A stretch of 64,000 nucleotides of DNA from Chrysomallon squamiferum (GCA_012295275.1 CM022673.1:9796001-9860000); one strand, 5' to 3'; counted from the first letter of the stretch, positions 1 to 14,532 are shown. The notes: generated from the letters alone by a model not told the origin. Translations and numbers: made by a program.

Positions 1-1129
1 CTAATCCAACTCCATCATCCATATACACTGTAGTATGATTGTATGTCTGTATGTTTTTGATTCCGTTTAATTATCCATCCATCCATACGACCTTTTGTCT
101 ATCTATCTCTCTTTCATTTATTTAGTTCTCTGTTTCTCTGTATCTGTCTGACTGTCTGTCTGTGTCTATCTACATATCTATACATCTATCATTATCTAGA
201 TATTTATGTTTTGCTGTAAACAAATAATGTATGCATTATGTTAGAGTATAAACGTACATTTGTAGGCGAGTTGCGTGGTTATTACATCACTTCTCTGGGA
301 TTTCTTTCTGTGTGACTCTAATCGTAGCGTGGGTGCAAATCTACACACTCCAATACACATCTGATTTCCAGTCAAGAGATTTTTATTTTAATCTGTCAGC
401 ACCTGCCTATCAGTTTGTTCTCAACAACAATGAAATGACGTAAGAAGTGTGTATTTATTTAGTCATTATTAATGAATGACGTAACAATAACTGCAGACAA
501 TCTAGCTTACGTCATCTCGTTAGGTGTGGATGTCAATGTCAACCAGTGATATTAAGTACAACAATGTAATAAAGAAAACCCAAGCAATTAGTTCTGGCAA
601 AACGAGTCACTCAAAATTTTTTTTTAGTCTCCAAAGTGATCATCTGTGTTCATTTTGTGTTAAATATTTAAATTATTCTTGTAATTTCTGAATTTTTACA
701 ATTTTGATGACCTTCCAAAGCTCGGTCATTTTTTTTTTTTTAAATTCTGGTGTCGATAAATGTTCATGTCTTCAACTGTAAAATTTCATTCAAATATTTT
801 AATTAGCTCTAAAAAGATTGGGAAGACAAGGATACTGTATTGTATGTCACGAAAGAGGTGTCTGAATCTTTTTTGTTTTTTTTTGTTTTTTGTTTTTGAA
901 TGTGAGATCTTATCAAACAGAGACTGGCTGAAGACCAAATGTGAACTTGACGTCCAATGTCAAGTACATGTTAAGTAATAAACAGAAGATTATTAACAGC
1001 TGCTGCTGAAAGGATCTCCAGGAAAATAAACACGTCGTAGTGGTCAGTTCTCTTATACACTTTATCAAACACACGTATGCAGGGACACGTACATACACAT
1101 GTTGATACAGACAAAGAAAGAACGGTAGA

Positions 1130-1264
1130 CAAATACACGGATAATACATGCATACATATATCATAAACACATACACACATACGTACACACTTACACACAC
1201 ACATATATATATAACTTGCATATAACCTACATACATACATATATATGCTCATATATATGCTCAT

Positions 1265-1313
<49 letters not shown>

Positions 1314-1400
1314 AACATGCACATACAAATATACATATATACTTACATACACAAATACATAATTACAAACATACATACACATACACACATATAAAACATG
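1130..1400. repeat. Compound (CA)/(TA)/(TACA) microsatellite field
   Basis: Direct reading; pure (TA)n at ~1269-1311. Confidence 0.9.
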
Positions 1401-1945
1401 CCAACAATATGATGACAGATATATAAAGAAGGACATTTACAACACACATATAGAAAGACTGTAAGACATACGGATAAAAAAAAACTAAAAAAAAAAAAAA
1501 AAAAAAAAAAAAACGAATAAATACACAAAACACAATATGCAAACACACAGCAAAATTATATTGACATACTACAAGTCGACAGCCTTACTATACAGTAACA
1601 ACCGGTCTTGTTTTTTAAAAAAGTTTACGAGAAAACCAATCACGAATGGCAGATTTGCTGGTTTGATCGCAAAAACTAACAGAATGAACGTAAGCAAACA
1701 CACACACACACACACACACACCACCAGGCGAAGACTCGCAAAACACAGCTGAGTGACCATGAAGTGCAAAGTCTCAATTTGCCTGTCAGTCCAGAGCCAG
1801 TCAAGTACGTGTAACCTGTTTTGTTTGTTAGCGCCAGCCGCAGACCACCTCACTGATTCATCGAAATCATTCCATTCGACCTGAATCGAGTCGAGTCCAA
1901 TTAATGTCAGCTGCTTTGATTTCGACTGTTGACATCGGCTTTATG

Positions 1946-2500
1946 GATAATTTAAAGGAAATCCCGGCGATATGTTGTTACGTTTAATAATAACAAATTC
2001 GGAAGCCATTTGTGCTGTAAATAATTTAAGAGAAATTTCAGCGATATATTGTTACGTTTAATAATAACAAATTCGGAAGCCATTTGTGCTGTAGATAATT
2101 TAAGAGAAATCTCAGCGATATATTGTTACGTATAATAATGACAAATTCGGAAGCCATTTGTGCTGTAGATAATTTAAGAGAAATCTCAGCGATATATTGT
2201 TACGTTTAATAATAACAAATTCGGAAGCCATTTGTGCTGTAGATAATTTAAGAGAAATCTCAGCGTTATATTGTTACGTTTAATAATAACAAATTCGGAA
2301 GCCATTTGTGCTGTAGATAATTTAAGAGAAATCTCAGCGATATATTGTTACGTATAATAATAACAAATTCGGAAGCCATTTGTGCTGTAGATAATTTAAG
2401 AGAAATCTCAGCGATATATTGTTACGTATAATAATAACAAATTCGGCAGCCATTTGTGCTATAGATAATTTAAAGGAAATCCCAGTCATATTTAATTACG
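1946..2500. repeat. 74-bp minisatellite, ~7.5 near-identical copies
   Basis: Register marker GCG(A/T)TAT at 1967, 2041, 2115, 2189, 2263, 2337 and 2411. Unit: GATAATTTAAGAGAAATCTCAGCGATATATTGTTACGTTTAATAATAACAAATTCGGAAGCCATTTGTGCTGTA. Confidence 0.97.
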
Positions 2501-2864
2501 TTCTATAGCACCGGATTTGTTGATAATTTAAAACAGAATCTCACTGAAATTCACGAGATGAATTAAAATCTTGAAACATTTCTGTTGCTGTTTGATCAAT
2601 AATACATCTGCATTTCTGTTTCGTAGAATGATGAAGCCTTGTTTATAGATATGTCATTGTTCTGAGCTTTATGGGATAATCTAGGAAAAAGGATGACCTC
2701 AGAGTTTGTAGACAGGAATGTACTTTTATTCTTTTTAGGTTAATTTGTTTAGTTATTAGAAAGAAAAACTTCTTTCTTTTAAAATTTGACAGTTATTAAA
2801 TTCATGATTAATTGCTATGTATATATTTATTATGTGTACTTATATTTTCACATACATATTTGTA

Positions 2865-3190
2865 AGAATGTATGTATGTGTGCCTGTTTGTGTATGTGTG
2901 TATGTATGTGTGTGTGTATGTGTGTATATATATATATGTATGTATGCATTATGTATATATGTGTGTGTATCTGTGTGTATGTATATATATGTGTATATAT
3001 GTATATATATATGTATGTATGTATGTATATAATATATATGTGTATCTGTGTGTATGTATATATATATATATATGTATGTATGTGTTTATATATATGTGTG
3101 TGTGTGTATGTGTGTATATATATATATGTATATTATGTATATATGTGTGTGTGTATGTGTGTGTATGTATATATGAATGTATATATGTAG
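2865..3190. repeat. Compound (TA)/(TG)/(TATG) microsatellite field
   Basis: Direct reading. Confidence 0.9.
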
Positions 3191-3499
3191 ATTTCCTTGC
3201 GTCTATGTATCTATCGTCTTGTTTTTCTTTCTGCACTCATCAAAAACCCATTATCTCCTCACAACATTATTTCCCTGCAAACAACAGCTCCAAACTGCAT
3301 CACTGTCAGATCGTAATGGTGTAGCAGCCACGTTTTATTGTAGATGGTGGTCGTTGATAACGTTGCTGCTGCCGATGCTATACGATTTAGCGATATCACG
3401 TCGTGTTTTTAAGAAGTCTAGAAGTTCAAACATTAAGTCAGAATCTGAACGTATGAAGACGTAATTGTGTCAAGCTAGCAATGACCGCTAGAGATACAT

Positions 3500-3765
3500 T
3501 AGCTCAGTTGCTGCATATCTTAATACATTAAACGTCTTTGGTATATATAATACAGTGTTCTTTTCGAGATGTCTGGGCAACTGAAAAACTACATATACAG
3601 ATTAAAAACTTCGCACATATAACTGTGCATTGACTAAGTGGTTGCTGCAATCTTGAAAGAGTAAACGTTTTAATATATGATACGCTTTTTTGGAGACGTT
3701 TTTGGCACAGATAACAATTAGAATACAGATTTAAAAAATAACATCTCGCAGTTATATTTGTGTTG
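3500..3765. repeat. Old two-copy tandem duplication, ~134-bp period
   Basis: GTTGCTGCA..ATCTT..TAAACGT..ATATA..ATAC..GAGA..ATACAGATT..TCGCA recurs from 3507 and from 3641. Confidence 0.6.
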
Positions 3766-3822
3766 TGGTTTCAGTGACCACTCTTTACACTGTTATCTAT
3801 GACAGAATTTCTTTACACGTGT

Positions 3823-3855
<33 letters not shown>

Positions 3856-4446
3856 TCTTGAATAACTGCAGCTGGTTCCAGGATAAAAATATATAATTTA
3901 TCTATACTGAATATGTACTGTTTTGTCTTTCTCTCTGACAATCTGTGTCTGTGTTTCGGCATAAAATATTTACCTTGTTATATCCCTTTGATTTAGACTC
4001 TTGGCGACAGCTTAATAATTAGAACATTTTGAGTCTCCAAAAACTGATAATGGTTTTATTTGCAGTATGTTCACTTTAAACGAATGCTTTTATGTTTAAC
4101 TTCTGGAGATGAAACTCGCATGCAAAGACTCAGAATTGAACGGAAATTTAAAATCAGGAGTTCAGAGATTTCATTTCTAGCTGTGTTCATTCCCAGAGCC
4201 CTTTTAATTATTAATCTTGCTAGAAAGAAATGATGTTTTCAATGTTTTTTTTAGAAATAATAGGAAATAAAAGCCAGTGAAAACGAATCCACTGTTTAAG
4301 AGCAAGTTCTTGCAACGAAGGGAAAATCCTAGATGATTGTTGTGTAGTTTCTGACCCTAAGTGAAGTATATATTAACACAGTTTCAAACAAATTCCAAGA
4401 TAATTATATATAAAAACAGATCATCAGATAGATGAATAGAGAAATG

Positions 4447-4498
<52 letters not shown>

Positions 4499-5712
4499 CA
4501 ATCTTTGTAAGAATATACATAGATGTTTGTGTGAGAGAGAGAGAGAGAAAAACAATGTGATGTTTGTGTGAGTGCGTTTTTTTTTACATACATATGTATA
4601 TATGTATATAAAAAATTGTTTTGGATTCTGTTATTATTATTATCAATACAATATAAAATATTTTATCGATATTTAATGGATTATTAAATATTCTACAATA
4701 CACGGCAGCAAATGAAAGAATACTATAAATATAACTTTTATATTTGTATTCAGAGTTCATCTTCTTAATAAACATAGTTCTCTATTCTTAGAATTAAAAC
4801 ACTACTACAAATCTAACATAATCTTACAAGAGTTTCGTTTATATGCGTGTTTATCAATTTACGGTTTAATGTAGTTTCTGTTTCCCCGAGTGTTTTTTTT
4901 TTTTATTCTAGATATTATTTTCAGCATATCTTCACAGAATATGCATTCTTCAGATTTTTTATTTTCCAGAAATTCTTCTGTCGTTGATCAAGATTCCAAA
5001 AAAATAAAAATAAAAAATAAAAATTAACGATCATATTGAAAATAAATTTTTCGCACAAGAAACTGTTACGCCATTGATGAAGATTTCGAACCAGAAATGA
5101 TCGTACCCGAAGGACGCTGTCGCGCTATGAAATCTGTAAAAAGAAATTAAATTTACGACAGTTTGTAACGTCTTGTAATACGTATGGAAATGCAGTTTGT
5201 ACCGACTGGCTTGTTCCGTCTAAAAGAAAGTCAAGTCAATGTAGAAAAATAACTAACGTTTAAAACATTACGTCACAAGCACAGAAGCGTATTTGGAAAC
5301 ATTTAGAATCTTCGTTTTTTTTGTGTGTTTTTTTTCTCCCAGTCTTTTCAATTTCTTGGGTTTTTTGGATGTCACGTTTTTTTTTTTTTTTTTTTTTTTT
5401 TAATTTTATTTGGCATCTGTGAAATGATCAATATTCGTTTCGTTAAAAGAGAAAAATCAATGCAGAATATCCTGTTCCAGACGAAAGAGAAATAAAAAAG
5501 TATGAATTTAAAAGAAATGAAAACAGAATAGAAAATCTTGATTTTTGGAAAAGGCTGTCTGTAAAGTAAAGTGAAGTAAATAAATAAATAAATAAATAAA
5601 TAAACTGCTAAATGATTAAAAAAGGATATTCATGAAATAAATATGAACGTTTGTATTTATAGATAAATAAATAAAGTACAAAGAATGAAAATAGATAAGC
5701 CAAATACAGCAA

Positions 5713-5743
<31 letters not shown>

Positions 5744-7019
5744 AATACTAAAAAAGAAACACAACAAAAGAAACAAAAAGACAAAAAAAAAAAAAAAAAG
5801 AAGAAAAAGAAAAAACAGCGATGAACACCAAATAAACGATAAATAAAACAAAATAAATAAATAAATAAATAAAATATATATAATTCAGTAATATAAAATA
5901 ACACGAATGTAAAAAAACTGTACTGTTTCTTTCAGAGTAAAACCCAGCTTTTATTATAAAAGATTTATCTGAAATCAAGACCAGATTCATTTGATATCAT
6001 GTATCATTCGCCAAACATTTATCACAACCAATCGCAAAGAGCATTTTCACCACGTGATATTTTTATTTGAATAGTTGGCTGCAAATAACAAAGCAAGTGT
6101 TTTTCTTGATGCTGTTAATATTAAACAAACACGCAAAGCAACAAAATGAAACGTTGATACAAAATCGCTGTGTGTAAATGATGCATCAACACTCGTTAGA
6201 AGACTATCCCCAAAGAGATAAAAAAACAAAACAACGAAAACGAAAAATGAGCTTGAAATGACACCTAGAAAAATCGCAGGTTAAGATTTCCTGTCTTGAC
6301 TCTCACGGAGATCTCTGAAATAATTATTAAGGTCACGCTGATCCTTTCAAAGGAGATGCATGCAGGATGACACTATAGAAATTTATGTTAAATGTTATTT
6401 GTATTTTTGAAGCGTTTATACGTTTTTTTTTTCCCGATTCTGGCATTCCGGAATCTGGCAGTGAGATTATAACACATTTTAATTGGACACGCCAGTTGTT
6501 CCATTTCTGGCAGTTTACTGTTCACCCTTACTAATTTGGTGTTCCGTCACCTTAACTGATGTACTTTTGTTAAACAGTATTGTGTCCACAATTTGAAAGT
6601 ACATTCAGTCACACTTTACACACGAAAAGATCCCAGAAAACACTTCACCTCAAGCTGACAAGTAGGAAGCCGTGTCCTGGGTACACGTGACGTACTCCAG
6701 TCTCAGTTGGAAGAGCTTGTGCTTGTGTTTTGGTAGTATTTCCTTTCTCCAGATTTTACTGAGATATAATATTAATTTCATGTCTCCAAACATTAATTTT
6801 CTCGCAATCTCTATTCCGGCTCACCTCTGCTCATTAAGGTTAATCTCCTAATCGCCCCATCTGTTCTTCACACACCTTGTTATCACCATGCGTTTAAATT
6901 GGCCTTAATTGCTCACGCCAGTTTTCCCATTTCTGGAAGCGGATTAGAACACCTCACCTCTTACCTAATCTGAAGACTGCCAATTTTGGGAAAATACCGT
7001 TTATATATATACATGTCTT

Positions 7020-7027
7020 GTGTGTGT

Positions 7028-7088
<61 letters not shown>

Positions 7089-7120
7089 GTTTGTTTGTGT
7101 GTGTGTGTGTGTGTGTGTGT
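7020..7120. repeat. (TG)n microsatellite
   Basis: Direct reading. Confidence 0.95.
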
Positions 7121-8006
7121 AATTATTATGTAATAATAATAATAATATCAATAACAAAAGCAACAAAAATAAATAAATAAATAAATATTTTTGTTTTTAC
7201 ACTTTTCGAAAACGTCAGACATTTTCTTTCCATTATTTCCATTTTCTTCCGGGACCAAATTTTCTCAAAACCTTCATTCTTAATCATATTTGTCATTTCG
7301 TCAAAATATTCAAAAATATTTGAAAAATTATACATAAATCTTTGACGTGACATTTTTTTTCTTGATAATAAATTCATAGTTTTATAAATATATGTCACGG
7401 ATAATTGGCGTCTTGGTTGTAAAAGTAGGTGAAAGACCTTGATGATGTAGCCTGCGGTTTTTGTTATTTATTTTCGATATCATGTTCTTTTATTAAATCG
7501 TAATACCTTCATCTTGTTTGTTCGTTTGCTATCCGATCTACTTCAACACTGGCTTCAGGCCTTAAATAAATAAATATCCCGTACTTAAGACACAAAAATA
7601 GGAGATATTCAGAGCCAGGAAAGGTAACAGATAGGAGGTTGGTGTAATACGGATTGAGAAAGAGTGCATGAATACGATAAATAGAATATTTAACAGTAAA
7701 TGATGTTAAAAGTGATGTGTGTATCAGAAGCGCACTTAATATAACGTAATATAGTAATAGCAGGTCGAATAGTAGTAAGTAGTAGTAGTAGTAGTAATAG
7801 CTGCAATAGGTGTAGCAGTTGTAAGACTGATGTAGTGCCCATAGAAGTTGTATTGGAAATGGTAATGTTAGAAACATTGGTAATTTTATTATTACTGTTA
7901 TTATTTTGGATATTAGTAGCAATAGTACCTCTAGCTGTATCCACATCCACATCCACATCCACATCCACCCTTTGATGTATGTATGTATGTATATGCACAC
8001 ACATAC

Positions 8007-8040
<34 letters not shown>

Positions 8041-9409
8041 TAGAAGACTTTATGCGTGTCTGACAATAGTTTATTAGAAGATTATATCTTGAAACGTTAC
8101 ACTAATAGGTTAGATGGAAATAATAAAGTATTAGAAATCTGAAATGCTCGTCTCAGTTATTCTGTTTAGTTTCTACGTTTTGTCATTAGCAGCTTTTATT
8201 TATTTATTTTTTCTTCAGTCAGTTAGTATTCTCTGTTTTCTTTCTCAGTAATCAATGCTGCGTTTCAATCACACCACGCTTCGCTCTTTTTCTTTAGTTA
8301 TTTCTATTTTTATTCATTCTTTCTTGTTGTTCTTTCTTTAAGTTGTTTCTATATTTTCTTTCTTTCCTTCCTTCTTTCTTGTCTTTCTATCCTTCCTTCT
8401 TATCTCTTTCTTTTCTTTCTATCTTTTCTATCTTTTATTATTTTCTTTCATTCTTTTCTTCCTTCTTTTGTTTTTTTCGTGTTATGATTTCTTTATGATA
8501 TATCTTTAATCAGTTCATACACTCTGCTCTCACTGATTGTTTATTTAAGCTTTTGTAATCGAATTTTCTTTCTTATACTTTCTATTTTCTTAATGTACTT
8601 GCTATCGACCTTCATCGCTCTGATTTTGTGTATTGTTCTCATTTCTCTAACACCCTCAGTTTCTCCCTGCAAGAGGTCTGCAACCAAATAGCCGGTGTCC
8701 CCCCATTAGTCACACCCCCATTTGTCAGAAAACCTCAGACACCGATTTGCCACATTCACATATGTCAGACAATCTCCAGCCCATTACCTATGTGAATAAT
8801 GGGCACGGCCCAACAAAAATACCAGAACAAAAATAAGTTCTCATAACATAACGCATAATATAACAATTTACATTGTCTAGAACACAGCACTGTAAGTTTG
8901 CATAACAGAATTTACAGTTAAATGCAGTTAAAATAAGTTAATACCGCCTAGGGCACAGCACCATAAGCTCGCATAAGTTCGTGATGGCGGTGAATATAGT
9001 CCACATTTCGTTGTCAACAGTTCAGTTCAGCCCACCTGAACCAGTTTCACCACTGAGTCCAGGTTCACAATAGATACCACTCGGGCGAACCTTATTTTTA
9101 TTGAAGAGGTGTCCCCGAAACAGAACCTGGGAAATGACCTACTCAGCTTACTGCAGTCCAGCCATAATGATAGTACTGACACTTTGCCATACAATGATAT
9201 ATATATATATAATCTCATCGGTAGTCAATCTACTCAATTTATTTAGTACACGAGGGTCCAACAAATGTATTGAAACAGTGTATTTATTTAATACTGAAAC
9301 ATTAAATGCACAGCTGACTAATACTTTCTCACTCCAATGCAAGAGTTGTCATGAATTAAACAATGAACTGCCAAGCTCACTGGGCTACGCCGTGCAAGTG
9401 TTACCATCG

Positions 9410-9580
9410 TGAAAGTGAAAGTGAAAAAAATTAACGTGCTAATCAGAGCAAGCTGTTGTGAAGCACATCTGCGACAGGCAGACTTTCTGACAGGTCAGCG
9501 GGCGCGTCCGTTGCAGAAAAGAGTTTTGGGTAGGGAAAAGAATGGGTTCTCGCCACGATTGGAGGACACAAGGGAGTGTC
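9410..9580 (-). mobile_element. Possible 3' end of a non-LTR retroelement with a (TTTCAC)n tail
   Basis: GTGAAAGTGAAAGTGAAA followed by TTAACGTGCTAATCAGAGCAAGCTGTTGT resembles a recalled gastropod repeat terminus. Unverified. Confidence 0.3.
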
Positions 9581-10173
9581 CAGTGAATTTATTTAATATC
9601 CATTTATAGCAATAGTGAGGCCAGCCAATCAAACTAATTACACTTGTCTCACAAACTGTCTAACAAACTGGTGTCTGACAAGTGGAGTGGAACCATTTGT
9701 GTAGCAGAATTAGCAATAGCCATAATGGTAATAGTAACGTTATCAGCAGCAGCATAAAAATGGCTGCGATAGTCGAACGACAACAGTGACGTAGCTGTTG
9801 ACGTAAAGCTAGTAATCGTTTTGATTTCGTTGTTGACGCTGTCGTCACATTATTGTCACTTATCATTATTATAATCTGTATTAGCATTCAGTGTGTATCA
9901 ACAAACTAGACAGGTTAATGATCTAGAATCTACAAAGGCCGTTAAACTGGATTAAACATGAAAATACCTTCTTGAACTGAATCTGTTAAGTACGTAGATT
10001 GTTATTTGTTTTGACATGCTCGGAAACCCTTTATATTCAACTAATATTCGTGCATGAAACATTATTAATATTAATCATCATGATGATGATAATTTGAACA
10101 GTATTATTGTTAGTAGTAGAAGTAGTAATAATAATACTAGTAATAATAATAATGGCAATGATAAAACATACCG

Positions 10174-10236
<63 letters not shown>

Positions 10237-10959
10237 AACATATACAAATATATACAAACATATACAAATATATACAAACATATACAAATACTTACATACA
10301 TACATACGCACATATATACAAACATAGATACATATATTAATCGAACCATCCATCAATTCATTCTTCCATCCATACATATTTACTTAGATATATATATATA
10401 TTCACACACCAGAAAATACATATTCACGTATTTGCTGTGGACATATATTCTGAACAAATACAAAATGCACTATTTTAAATACGGTTTCATAAATAAACGC
10501 TTTTCCTAATAATCATACTACACAACACAGTTGCATGGCAAAGTAATCACAATACAAAATTTGCATTCAACTTCTGAATGAACTTTAATTACTTTTGCTA
10601 GTTATAAAAAAAACAAAAAAAAAAAAAAAAAAAAACAAGCAGCAGGATTCTACTTGTTTTCTTTTCCCAAGTCATTCAATTTAAATATTAATGCTATAAA
10701 TTGTGCTTAAGATAATTAGTCATTAGAAAAAATCTAAGACATATTCTCAAAGCATTGTTAACGACCAGAAAACCACATCTGTTTATTGTTTCTTTAGTGC
10801 TAAAAACATAAAAGACAACGGAAAGTGATGACAATCTCTTATTTAGTGTTAGTTGTCAGTAGCTGGGAAAATAATGCTTTATAGATTTTTGAGTTAATGT
10901 AAGTAACGAAAAGCTCTGAACATATCCAGGTTGCTTACGAGGGATTATAATGCTTATAT

Positions 10960-11115
10960 TCTGTGGTGATTTTGAATGTAAAACGTGTGTGTTGATTTTG
11001 AATGTAAATTCTGTGTATTGATTTTGAATGTAAATTCTGCGTAGATGATTTTGAATGTAAATTCTGTGTATTGATTTTGATGTAAATACTGCTCTGAATT
11101 TTAATGTAAAACTGT
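10960..11115. repeat. 26-bp minisatellite, ~6 copies
   Basis: Unit TGATTTTGAATGTAAATTCTGTGTAT, decaying rightwards. Confidence 0.85.
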
Positions 11116-11339
11116 TAACTGGTTTAAAAAACAACAACAACAAAATAAAAATAAAATAAAAAATAAAAAATAATAAATAAATGGATTTTTAAATAAATAG
11201 AATAATGACTTTTAATGTACATATTTTTGTTGATTTTTAAAGCAAATACGGTAATGATTTTTTTTTTTTTAATGCAAATAGGATGACCTTTTTTTCATGC
11301 AAATATTGTCTCTTGAATTTTGATGTATATACTCTCTTA

Positions 11340-12274
11340 TGTGATCTAGTTTCTAACAAGCTCTGTTAATTATCGAATCTGATGTGATTTCTTGCAATTA
11401 TTTTCTGCAGTGCATCCTGCAGTGTGCTTGTGGTTTTCTAATCTCTGCGTTTAGTTTTTAGTACGTGATGCATTTGCTAATATAGTCCGTTGTCAGGTTT
11501 CTGATGTTTATGCAGTTTATCGTATTTCATTCAGTTTCTAGCGTTTCCAGTTACTCGTCGTTATGTGATGCAGTTTCTAATATATTCTGTGGTTTGTCTA
11601 ACACGATTTTTTTTATATTTTTTTTTTAAATATAATATTATTAATAATTATATTATTTCCATTCTATTTTATGGCGTACAGTATGAGTTCTGTACGTGTT
11701 TCAGAAATGTCCTATAACAATAGTAGTAGTATTAGAGGTAATAGTAGTAGTAGTAGTAGTAATAGTAGTAGTAGTAGAGTGGTAGTGGTAGTAGTAGTAG
11801 TAGTAGTAGTAATAATAATAATAGTAGTAGTCGTAGTAATAGTAGTAGTAGTAGCTATAGTAGTAATAACAGCAGTAGTTGTAGAAGTAGTGCCATATCT
11901 GTGGTTTCTAACGTCATCGTATGTAGGCGATTTATAATCTGTTCTGTACGTTATCGTATAATTAATTACGTGTGGTTTATAAAATGGTAAAAACATCTTA
12001 AAGACGTGATTTATAATGTGCCGTGCACGTTATCGCACACATGTGGTTTCTCGTATGAGCTGTGCCATATTGTATTTGTCTGGTTTCTATACTTAATTTA
12101 ATACAGTCTGATTTCTACTGTGTTCTGTACGTTATTATAAATGTCTTTTATATCGTATAATTTATGGCTTATTATATCATTCTGGACGTTACGTTCTGTG
12201 ATACCGATTTCTAGAAATGTTCTCTACATTATCATGTAGTTGTAGTTTCTAATGTATTTTGTACGTTTTCATAT

Positions 12275-12307
<33 letters not shown>

Positions 12308-12690
12308 TTGTGTTTTTTTACTGTTTATGTTACGTTATCGTAAAGAGGTTGGTTCTAATGGGTTCTGTGTGTTACCGTATATATGTGATTTCTAATGTGT
12401 TATGTACGTTACCTGTATAGATGTTTCATGTTAACGTAACTTATGTGGTTTTCACTGGGGTATGTATGTTATCGCACGTATGCGATTTCTAATGTGTTAT
12501 GCACGTTATCGTACATATCTAGTTTCTAATGGGTTCTGTACGCTATCTTATCTATCGTTCTAATACGTTCTGCAACTTATCGTATGTCTTGTCTACAATG
12601 TGTTTTGTACTTTTCAATAAATGTGTTGTTTCTAATGTGTAAACTGTAATTCCAATGCTGTTTCCAATGTGTTCTGTGCTTTATCCGTAT
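11340..12690. repeat. Degenerate ~37-bp tandem array interrupted by (TAG)n and (TA/TG)n tracts
   Basis: Recurrent TGTGGTTTCTAATGTGTTCTGTACGTTATCGTATA-like unit, e.g. TTTCTAATG at 12486 and 12523. Confidence 0.75.
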
Positions 12691-12952
12691 GTGCTGAGGC
12701 ACTGAACAAACCGCTGCTGATACCAGGGAACTTACAATTCCTGTCTGAGACGTGAGAGTGGTGTTTAAAGTGAACTGCGATCTGCACAAAATAAATTAAT
12801 CTAAAGCCATCGTCTTCTAGCAGTTTGGACACTTTCTGACGAATTGCCCCCGACAGCCTAATTTAATTAATCTACTTCTCTTAATAAATCTTCTTCGTTT
12901 AATTAATCATTCTGTTTTTGCCATTCGCGAAGCAACATGCACGGGGGGGGCG

Positions 12953-13058
<106 letters not shown>

Positions 13059-14532
13059 AAAATCTAAGTGATATTACATGAATACAAAATATTGAACATT
13101 TTAGGATAAGCTGATTTGTAAAACTGTTACATAAAAAAGCGTTATTTCTACTCAAAGAAATCTACTTTATGCAGATTTTTAAAAGCTGTTAAATGGACTT
13201 TGATCATTAAAATTCCGGTAATGGCGTCCACCTCTGCTGCATGAGTTTTACACATTATTTTCACTTTCACTGATAAATCAGGCAAGGACAAAGTAATGTT
13301 TTCTCAAAAGTATTTATCAGTTTTCCTTGTTTAGTTATTTTACATTTTTAACGTACCGCATAACACGCCGTACCACTGCCGGCGTCATTAATGTTTCTGA
13401 TATTATTAGACATTACTACCACTACTACGACATCTGCTACTACTACTACTAGTACCTCCACCACTACCACCAGAACAACAATAACTACTACTACTGACAC
13501 CACCACTACTGCTACCACCATTACCACTACCAATATTAGTACTACTACTGCCACATAATAGCAGTTAATACTACTACTACTTTTACTACTACTATTACTA
13601 CAACTACCACTGCAACTACTGTTATTTCTTCGATTAACATTGCTGATACGACAGTTTTTATTTATTTCAATTACTATTTCTAACGAACAACAAGAAAAGG
13701 AATATGGAAGAAAAATTAAGCCAAAACGGAAGCAAGGAAAGAAAACAAGACATATAACAGGACTGAAAAAAAAAAATAGAATGAAAGAACCAATGAAAGA
13801 ACAAAGAAAGAAAAATAAGCAATATTAAAAAAAAAAAAGAAAAAAAAAAAGAGACGGAAATTTAAAGAAAAAGGAATAAAAAGACAAAAACGAATTAAAA
13901 AAAAAAAAAAAAAAAAAAAAAATGAAAAGAATGATAAAGGTTGAAAAACAGGGAATGAAAGAAGAAACGGAAAAAGGTAATAAAGAAATAAAGAGTAACA
14001 GAAAAAAATAAAAAATAATAATAAGGATAGGAAAACGTTTGGCTACTTAATTATAGGAAATAAAATTATTTCTTTAGCAACTCCCTGTAGGTAATAATTT
14101 CTTGATGTGTATTGTCACTACAAATCAAATGAAAACAAATCAATTCAAATCAAACCAAAACAAATCGATACGAAAGTAGCCGTAGAAAGAAGAGAGTAGC
14201 TCTGTAAGATACGATTTTGGAGGTCTATAATTACGTTGTCACTCTGGTTTAGGAAATATTAAGCCCGATGAATAAAGAAAAAAAGTCTAAGATTGGTGAA
14301 GAACTTTTCATCTTGTGATGAAATCTTTCCGAGAGTCGTCAATGAAAAATGTTCAGAGATTCGGTCAGAACGAATTCATTTGAACACAGCGGATTTAATG
14401 GATGTGACGTTTTCTTTGTGCAAGGAAGTGAATTTAACCTGTTTAGCGAGATATTTTGTAGAATTGTTTCGGTTTGTATGTGAAAGAGTTTGAATTAGAG
14501 ATGGGAAGGCTGAGAATGAGAGAGAAAGAAAA

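Noticed and set aside
1946-2500. CRISPR-like array
   Set aside because: Units are contiguous and near-identical with no unique spacers, the context is eukaryotic, and there are no cas genes.
5030-5146. Minus-strand acceptor tttctttttacag as next exon for the 15033 donor
   Set aside because: The phase-compatible frame (GFHSATASFGYDHFWFEIF...) resembles nothing I recognise and has no strong donor.
6965-7014. Second minus-strand phase-2 first exon (MYIYKRYFPKIGSLQI-, donor AG|gtaaga)
   Set aside because: The ATG lies in microsatellite-derived sequence and the donor falls within the 426-bp-spaced repeat, so chance is more likely.
7560-7720. Possible LINE (I/Nimb-type) C-terminal remnant on the minus strand (FTVK...LKYGIF)
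   Set aside because: The resemblance is too faint to support without a profile search.
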